64,000 bases of DNA, taken from assembly GCF_009914755.1 (NCBI RefSeq), contig NC_060946.1; one strand, written 5' to 3'. The notes below the pieces were generated by a model. The model ran no database searches. It was not told where the DNA came from and saw only the letters and a program-made list of their open reading frames with translations. A program made the position numbers and the translations under genes. This document shows positions 55,222-64,000 of the stretch, in pieces (within the stretch, counting starts at the first letter, position 1; every line of letters starts with the position of its first letter). The DNA comes from the human T2T-CHM13v2.0 reference genome, Homo sapiens.

Positions 55222-57887
55222 CTATACATTATATACTGTAAATAAAATATGAAATTACATCAAATATATATTATATTAGGTACATAAAATATGAAAGTAC
55301 ATCAAATATAGATTATATACTGTACATTAAATACCAAAGTACCCCAAATATATATTTTATACTGTACATGAAATATCAAAGTTCACAAACTATATATTAT
55401 ATACTGTACATATAATATCAAAGTACCCAGGGTATATATTCTATACTGTACAAAAAATATCAAAGCACCAAAAGCATGTATTATATACTGTACATAAAAT
55501 ATGAAAGTACATTAAATATATATTTTATTCTGTACATAAAATATCAAAGTACGCCAGATATATATTCTATAGTGTACATAAAATATCAAAGTACCCAAAC
55601 TATACATTATATACTGTACATAAAATATGAAATTACATCAAATATATATTATATTAGGTACATAAAATATGAAAGTACATCAAATATAGATTATATACTG
55701 TACATTAAATACCAAAGTACCCCAAATATATATTTTACACTGTACATGAAATATCAAAGTTCACAAACTATATATTATATACTGTACATAAAATATCAAA
55801 GTACCCAAGGTATATATTCTCTACTCTACAAAAAATATCAAAGTACCCAAAGCATGTATTATATACTGTACCTAAAATATGAAAGTACATCAAATATATA
55901 TTTTATTCTGTACATAAAATATCAAAGTACACCAGATATATATTCTATAGTGTACATAAAATATCAAAGTACCCAAACTATACATTATATACTGTACATA
56001 AAATATGAAATTACATCAAATATATATTATATTAGGTACATAAAATATGAAAGTACATCAAATATAGATTATATACTGTACATAAAATATCAAAGTACCC
56101 CAAATATATATTATATACTCTACAAGAAATATCAAAGTTCACAAGCTATATATTATATACTGTACATAAAATATCAAAGTACCCAAGGTATATATTCTAT
56201 ACTGCACAAAAAATATCAAAGTACCCAAAGCATGTATTATATACTGTACATAAAATATGAAAGTACATCGAATATATATTTTATTCTGTACGTAAAATAT
56301 CTAAGTACACCAGATATATATTCTATAGTGTACATAAAATATCAAAGTACCCAAACTATACATTATATTCTGTACATAAAATATGAAATTACATCAAATA
56401 TATATTAGGTACATAAAATATGAAAGTACATCAAATATAGATTATATACTGTACATAAAATATCAAAGTACCCCAAATATATATTATATACTCTACATGA
56501 AATATCAAAGTTCACAAACTATATATTATATACTGTACATAAAATATGAAATTACATCAAATATATTTTATATTAGGTACATAAAATATGAAAGTACATC
56601 AAATATAGATTATATACTTTACATTAAATACCAAAGTACCCCAAATATATATTTTATACTGTACATGAAATATCAAAGTTCACAAACTATATATTATATA
56701 CTGTACATATAATATAAAAGTACCCAAGGTATATATTCTATACTATACAAAAAATAACAAAGTACCAAAAGCATGTATTATATACTGTACCTAAAATGTG
56801 AAAGTACATCAAATATATATTTTATTCTGTACATAAAATATCAAAGTACATCAGATATATATTCTATAGTGTACATAAAATATGAAAGTACCCAAACTAT
56901 ACATTATATACTGTACATAAAATATGAAATTACATCAAATATATTTTATATTAGGTACATAAAATATGAAAGTACATCAAATATACATTATATACTGTAC
57001 ATTAAATACCAAAGTACCCCAAATATATATTTTATACTGTACATGAAATATCAAAGTTCACAAACTATATATTATATAGTGCACATACAATATCAAAGTA
57101 CCCAAGGTATATATTCTATACTGTACAAAAAATATCAAAGTACCCAAAGCATGTATTATATACTGTACATAAAATATGAAAGTACATCAAATATATATTT
57201 TATTCTGTACATAAAATATCAAAGTACACCAGATATATATTCTATAGTGTACATAAAATATCAAAATACCCAAACTATACATTATATACTGTACATAAAA
57301 TATGAGATTACATCAAATATATATTATATTAGGTACATAAAATATGAAAGTACATCAAATATAGATTATATACTGTACATAAAATATCAAAGTACCCCAA
57401 ATATATATTATATACTCTACATGAAATATCAAAGTTCACAAACTATATATTATATACTGTACATAAAATATCAAAGTACCCAAGGTATATATTCTATAAT
57501 GTAGAAAAAATATCAAAGTACCCAAAGCGTGTATTTTATACTGTATATAAAATATGAAATTACATCAAATATATATTATATTCTGTACATAAAATATCAA
57601 AGTACACCAGATATATATTCTATATTGTACATAAAATATCAAAGTACCCAAACTATACATTATATACTGTACATAAAATATGAAATTACATCAAATATAT
57701 ATTATATTAGGTACATAAAATATGAAAGTACATCAAATAGAGATTATATACTGTACATAAAATATCAAAGTACCCCAAATATATATTATATACTCTACAT
57801 GAAATATCAAAGTTCACAAACTATATATTATATACTGTACATAAAATATCAAAGTACCCAAGGTATATATTCTATACTGCACAAAAA

Positions 57888-60800
57888 ATATCAAAGTACC
57901 CAAAGCATGTATTATATACTGTATATAAAATATGAAAGTACATCAAATATATATTTTATTCTGTACATAAAATATCAAAGTACACCAGATATATATTCTA
58001 TAGTGTACATAAAATAACAAAGTACACAAACTATAAATTATATACTGTACATAAAATATGAAATTACATCAAATATATATTAGGTACATAAAATATGAAA
58101 GTACATCAAATATAGATTATATACTGTACATATAATATCAGTGTACCCGAAATATATATTTTATACTCTACATGAAATATCAAAGTTCACAAACCATATA
58201 TGATATACTGTACATAAAATATCAAAGTACCCAAGGTATATATTCTATACTGTACAAAAAATATCAAAGTACCCAAAGCATGTATTATATACTGTACATA
58301 AAATATGAAATTACATCAAATATATATTTTATTCTGTACATAAAATATCAAAGTACACCAGATATATATTCTATAGTGTACATAAAATATCAAAGTACCC
58401 AAACTATACATTATATACTGTACATAAAATATGAAATTACATCAAATATATATTATATTAGGTACATAAAATATGAAAGTACATCAAATATAGATTATAT
58501 ACTGTACATTAAATACCAAAGTACCCCAAATATATATTTTATACTGTACATGAAATATCAAAGTTCACACACTATATATTATATACTGTACATAAAATAT
58601 CAAAGTACCCAACTTATATATTCTATACTGTACAAAAAACATCAAAGTACCCAAAGCATGTATTATATACTGTACATAAAATATGAAAGTACATCAAATA
58701 TATATTTTATTCTGTACATAATATATCAAAGTACACCAGATACATATTCTATAGTGTACATAAAATAACAAAGTACAAAAACTATAAATTCTATACTGTA
58801 CATAAAATATGAAATTACATCAAATACATATTAGGTACATAAAATATGAAAGTACATCAAATATAGATTATATACTGTACATAAAATATCAATGTACCCC
58901 AAATATATATTTTATACTCTACATGAAATATCAAAGTTCAAAAACCATACATTATATAGTGTACATAAAATATCAAAGTACCCAAGGTATATATTCTATA
59001 CTATACAAAAAATATCAAAGTACCCAAAGCATGTATTATATACTGTACATAAAATATGAAAGTACATCAAATATATATTTTATTCTGTACATAAAATATC
59101 AAAGTACACCAGATATATATTCTATAGTGTACATAAAATATCAAAATACCCAAACTATACATTATATACTGTACATAAAATATGAGATTACATCAAATAT
59201 ATATTATATTAGGTACATAAAATATGAAAGTACATCAAATATAGATTATATACTGTACATAAAATATCAAAGTACCCCAAATATATATTATATACTCTAC
59301 ATGAAATATCAAAGTTCACAAACTATATATTATATACTGTACATAAAATATCAAAGTACCCAAGGTATATATTCTATAATGTAGAAAAAATATCAAAGTA
59401 CCCAAAGCGTGTATTTTATACTGTATATAAAATATGAAATTACATCAAATATATATTATATTCTGTACATAAAATATCAAAGTACACCAGATATATATTC
59501 TATATTGTACATAAAATATCAAAGTACCCAAACTATACATTATATACTGTACATAAAATATGAAATTACATCAAATATATATTATATTAGGTACATAAAA
59601 TATGAAAGTACATCAAATAGAGATTATATACTGTACATAAAATATCAAAGTACCCCAAATATATATTATATACTCTACATGAAATATCAAAGTTCACAAA
59701 CTATATATTATATACTGTACATAAAATATCAAAGTACCCAAGGTATATATTCTATACTGCACAAAAAATATCAAAGTACCCAAAGCATGTATTATATACT
59801 GTATATAAAATATGAAAGTACATCAAATATATATTTTATTCTGTACATAAAATATCAAAGTAAACCAGATATATATTCCACAGTGTACATAAAATAACAA
59901 AGTACACAAACTATAAATTATATACTGTACATAAAATATGAAATTACATCAAATATATACTAGGTACATAAAATATGAAAGTACATCAAATATAGATTAT
60001 ATACTGTACATAAAATATCAATGTACCCCAAATATATATTTTATACTCTACATGAAATATCAAAGTTCACAAACCATATATTATATACTGTACATAAAAT
60101 ATCAAAGTACCCAAGGTATATATTCTATACTGTACAAAAAATATCAAAGTACACAAAGCATGTATTATATACTGTACATAAAATATGAAAGTACATCAAA
60201 TATATATTTTATTCTGTACAAAAAAATCAAAGTGCACCAGACATATATTCTATAGTGTACATAAAATATCAAAGTACCCAAACTATACATTATATACTGT
60301 ACATAAAATATGAAATTACATCAAATATATTTTATATTAGGTACATAAAATATGAAAGTACATCAAATATAGATTATATACTGTACATTAAATACCAAAG
60401 TACCCCAAATATATATTTTATACTGTACATGAAATATCAAAGTTCACAAACTATATATTATATACTGTACATATAATATCAAAGTACCCAAGGTATATAT
60501 TCTATACTGTACAAAAAATATCAAAGTACCAAAAGCATGTATTATATACTGTACCTTAAATATGAAAGTACATCAAATATATATTTTATTCTGTACATAA
60601 AATATCAAAGTACACCAGATATATATTCTATAGTGTACATAAAATATCAAAGTACCCAAACTATACATTATATACTGTACATAAAATATGAAATTACATC
60701 AAATATATATTAGGTACATAAAATATGAAAGTACATCAAATATAGATTATATACTGTACATAAAATATCAAAGTACCCCAAATATATATTATATACTATA

Positions 60801-63800
60801 CATGAAATATCAAAGTTCACAAACTATATATTATATACTGTACATAAAATATCAAAGTACCCAAGGTATATATTCTATACTGTAGAAAAAATATCAAAGT
60901 ACCCATAGCATGTATTATATACTGTACATAAAATATGAGACTACATCAAATATATATTTTATTCTGTACATAAAATATCAAAGTACACCAGATATATATT
61001 CTATAGTGTACATAAAATATCAAAGTACCCAAACTATTTATTATATACTGTACATAAAATATGAAATTACATCAAATATATATTATATTAGGTACATAAA
61101 ATATGAAAGTACATCAAATATAGATTATATGCTGTACATTAAATACCAAAGTACCCCAAATATATATTTTATACTGTACATGAAATATCAAAGTTCACAA
61201 ACTATATATTATATACTGTACATAAAATATCAAAGTACCCTAGGTATATATTCTATACTCTACCAAAAATATCAAAGTACCCAAAGAACGTATTATATAC
61301 TGTACATAAAATATGAAAGTACATCAAATATATATTTTATTCTGTACATAAAATATCAAAGTACACCAGATATATATTCTATAGTGTACATAAAATATCA
61401 AAGTACCCAAACTATACATTATATACTGTACATAAAATATGAAATTACATCAAATCTCTATTAGGTACATAAAATATGAAAGTACATCAAATATAGATTA
61501 TATACTGTACATTAAATACCAAAGTACCCCAAATATATATTTTATACTGTACATGAAATATCAAAGTTCACAAACTATATATTATATACTGTACATATAA
61601 TATCAAAGTACCCAAGGTATATATTCTATACTGTACAAAAAATAACAAAGTACCAAAAGCATGTATTATATACTGTACCTAAAATATGAAAGTACATCAA
61701 ATATATATTTTATTCTGTACATAAAATATCAAAGTACACCAGATATATATTCTATAGTGTACATAAAATATCAAAGTACCCAAACTATACATTATATACT
61801 GTACATAAAATATGAAATTACATCAAATATATTTTATATTAGGTACATAAAATATGAAAGTATATCAAATATAGATTATATACTGTACATTAAATACCAA
61901 AGTACCCCAAATATATATTTTATACTGTACATGAAATATCAAAGTTCACAAACTATATATTATATACTGTACATAAAATATCAAAGTACCCAAGGTATAT
62001 ATTCTATACTGTACAAAAAATATCAAAGTACCCAAAGCATGTATTATATACTGTACCTAAAATATGAAAGTACATCAAATATATATTTTATTCTGTACAT
62101 AAAATATCAAAGTACACCAAATATATATTCTATAGTGTACATAAAATATCAAAGTACCCAAACTATACATTATATACTGTACATAAAATATGAAATTACA
62201 TCAAATATATATTATATTAGGTACATAAAATATGAAAGTACATCAAATATAGGTTATATACTGTACATAAAATATCAAAGTACCCCAAATATATATTATA
62301 TACTCTACATGACATATCAAAGTTCACAAGGTATATATTATATACTGTACATAAAATATCAAAGTACCCAAAGTATATATTCTATACTGCACAAAAAATA
62401 TCAAAGTACCCAAAGCATGTATTATATACTGTACATAAAATATGAAAGTACATCGAATATATATCTTATTCTGTACATAAAATATCAAAGTACACCAGAT
62501 ATATATTCTATAGTGTACATAAAATATCAAAGTACCCAAACTATACATTATATTCTGTACATAAAATATGAAATTACATCAAATATATATTAGGTACATA
62601 AAATATGAAAGTACATCAAATATAGATTATATACTGTACATAAAATATCAAAGTACCCCAAATATATATTATATACTCTACATGAAATATCAAAGTTCAC
62701 AAACTATATATTATATACTGTACTTAAAATATAAAATTACATCAAATATATTTTATATTAGGTACATAAAATATGAAACTACGTCAAATGTAGATTATAT
62801 ACTTTACATTAAATACCAAAGTACCCCAAATATATATTTTATACTGTACATGAAATATCAAAGTTCACAAACTATATATTATATACTGTACATATAATAT
62901 CAAAGTACCCAAGGTATATATTCTATACTGTACAAAAAATAACAAAGTACCAAAAGCATGTATTATATACTGTACCTAAAATATGAAAGTACATCAAATA
63001 TATATTTTATTCTGTACATAAAATATCAAAGTACACCAGTTATATATTCTATAGTGTACATAAAATATCAAAGTACCCAAACTATACATTACATACTGTA
63101 CATAAAATATGAAATTACATCAAATATATATTATATTAGGTACATAAAATATGAAAGTACATCAAATATAGATTATATACTGTACATAAAATATCAAAGT
63201 ACCCCAAATATATATTATATACTCTACATGACATATCAAAGTTCACAAGGTATATATTATATACTGTACATAAAATATCAAAGTACCCAAAGTATATATT
63301 CTATACTGCACAAAAAATATCAAAGTACCCAAAGCATGTATTATATACTGTACATAAAATATGAAAGTACATCGAATATATATCTTATTCTGTACATAAA
63401 ATATCAAAGTACACCAGATATATATTCTATAGTGTACATAAAATATCAAAGTACCCAAACTATACATTATATTCTGTACATAAAATATGAAATTACATCA
63501 AATATATATTAGGTACATAAAATATGAAAGTACATCAAATATAGATTATATACTGTACATAAAATATCAAAGTACCCCAAATATATATTATATACTCTAC
63601 ATGAAATATCAAAGTTCACAAACTATATATTATATACTGTACATAAAATATGAAATTACATCAAATATATTTTATATTAGGTACATAAAATATGAAAGTA
63701 CATCAAATATAGATTATATACTTTACATTAAATACCAAAGTACCCCAAATATATATTTTATACTGTACATGAAATATCAAAATTCACAAACTATATATTA

Positions 63801-64000
63801 TATACTGTACATATAATATCAAAGTACCCAAGGTATATATTCTATACTGTACAAAAAATAACAAAGTACCAAAAACATGTATTATATACTGTACCTAAAA
63901 TATGAAATTACATCAAATATATATTTTATTCTGTACATAAAATATCAAAGTACACCAGATATATATTCTATAGTGTACATAAAATATCAAAGTACCCAAA
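57888..64000 (+). repeat. HSat1A multi-kb duplicon, copy 3
   Basis: The left part matches 43485-47367. The right part matches ~50785-55221 through to the window end. Confidence 0.88.

Larger units (their letters stand above)
11098..64000 (+). repeat. Human Satellite 1A (HSat1A / SAR / classical satellite I 42-bp repeat), A-rich strand on +; runs off the right edge
   Basis: 42-bp monomer, e.g. ACATAAAATATCAAAGT (17 bp) + ACCCAAACTATACATTATATACTGT (25 bp), delimited by GTAC (RsaI) sites. This matches the classical satellite I A/B units. Very AT-rich and CpG-poor, with a 14-aa periodicity in the ORF track. Confidence 0.96.
18291..64000 (+). repeat. Homogeneous HSat1A higher-order repeat: mixture of 378-bp (9x42) and 373-bp (5-bp deletion) units, often as 751-bp pairs
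   Basis: Nine monomer types occur in fixed order. AAATATATATTATATTAGGTAC alternates with AAATATATATTAGGTAC. ORF-start spacings are 373 (22828, 23201, 23574, 23947) and 751 (34649, 35400, 36151). Confidence 0.92.

Noticed and set aside
11216-63816. Tyr/Ile/Lys-rich 14-aa-repeat ORFs up to 356 aa (KYQSTQ..YYILYI)
   Set aside because: The 42-bp monomer is divisible by 3 and one frame of the consensus lacks stops. ORFs are broken freely by the 5-bp deletion, 1-bp indels and TAA variants that are themselves amplified, so there is no sign of coding constraint.
11098-64000. CRISPR-like look of a conserved 17-bp unit alternating with a variable 25-bp unit
   Set aside because: The variable parts are homologous to each other and recur every nine monomers. 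There are no cas genes or leader, and this is a known primate satellite.
11098-64000. HSat1B (DYZ2-like), alpha satellite or an AT-rich non-primate/organellar origin
   Set aside because: No 2.4-kb Alu-containing unit, 171-bp period or CENP-B box was seen. The 17+25 bp RsaI structure and adjacency to HSat3 fit HSat1A.
1-64000. Transposon insertions or strand inversions within the arrays
   Set aside because: None seen on reading through. Both satellites keep one orientation, and no Alu, L1, poly(A) tail or target-site duplication was visible.
11098-64000. TATA-box-like and steroid-receptor half-site (GTACA) matches
   Set aside because: These are expected by chance in this composition. No full palindromic response element or promoter context is evident.

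Overview
The window is entirely tandem satellite DNA with no credible genes. It spans a sharp junction at about 11,098 between two classical human/hominid satellites. From 1 to about 11,098 is Human Satellite 3, (GGAAT)n with interspersed CAACCCGAGT-type decamers, organised hierarchically: 5 bp, ~250 bp, ~0.8-1.1 kb, and a ~4 kb duplicated block. From about 11,098 to 64,000 is the AT-rich Human Satellite 1A (SAR; 42-bp monomer = 17+25 bp RsaI fragments). HSat1A is layered. A divergent edge with private monomers (11.1-15.8 kb) is followed by a transitional 378-bp 9-mer zone (15.8-18.3 kb) and then a homogeneous 378/373-bp HOR zone. That last zone carries multi-kb mosaic duplications and a nascent 919-bp 22-mer unit. 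HSat3 next to HSat1A suggests an acrocentric short arm (inference). All listed ORFs are repeat-periodicity artefacts. The most notable speculative observation is that the + strand of HSat1A carries the Pumilio response element (UGUANAUA) in most monomers, and only on that strand. All offsets and counts were read by eye or taken from the ORF track, not from an alignment.
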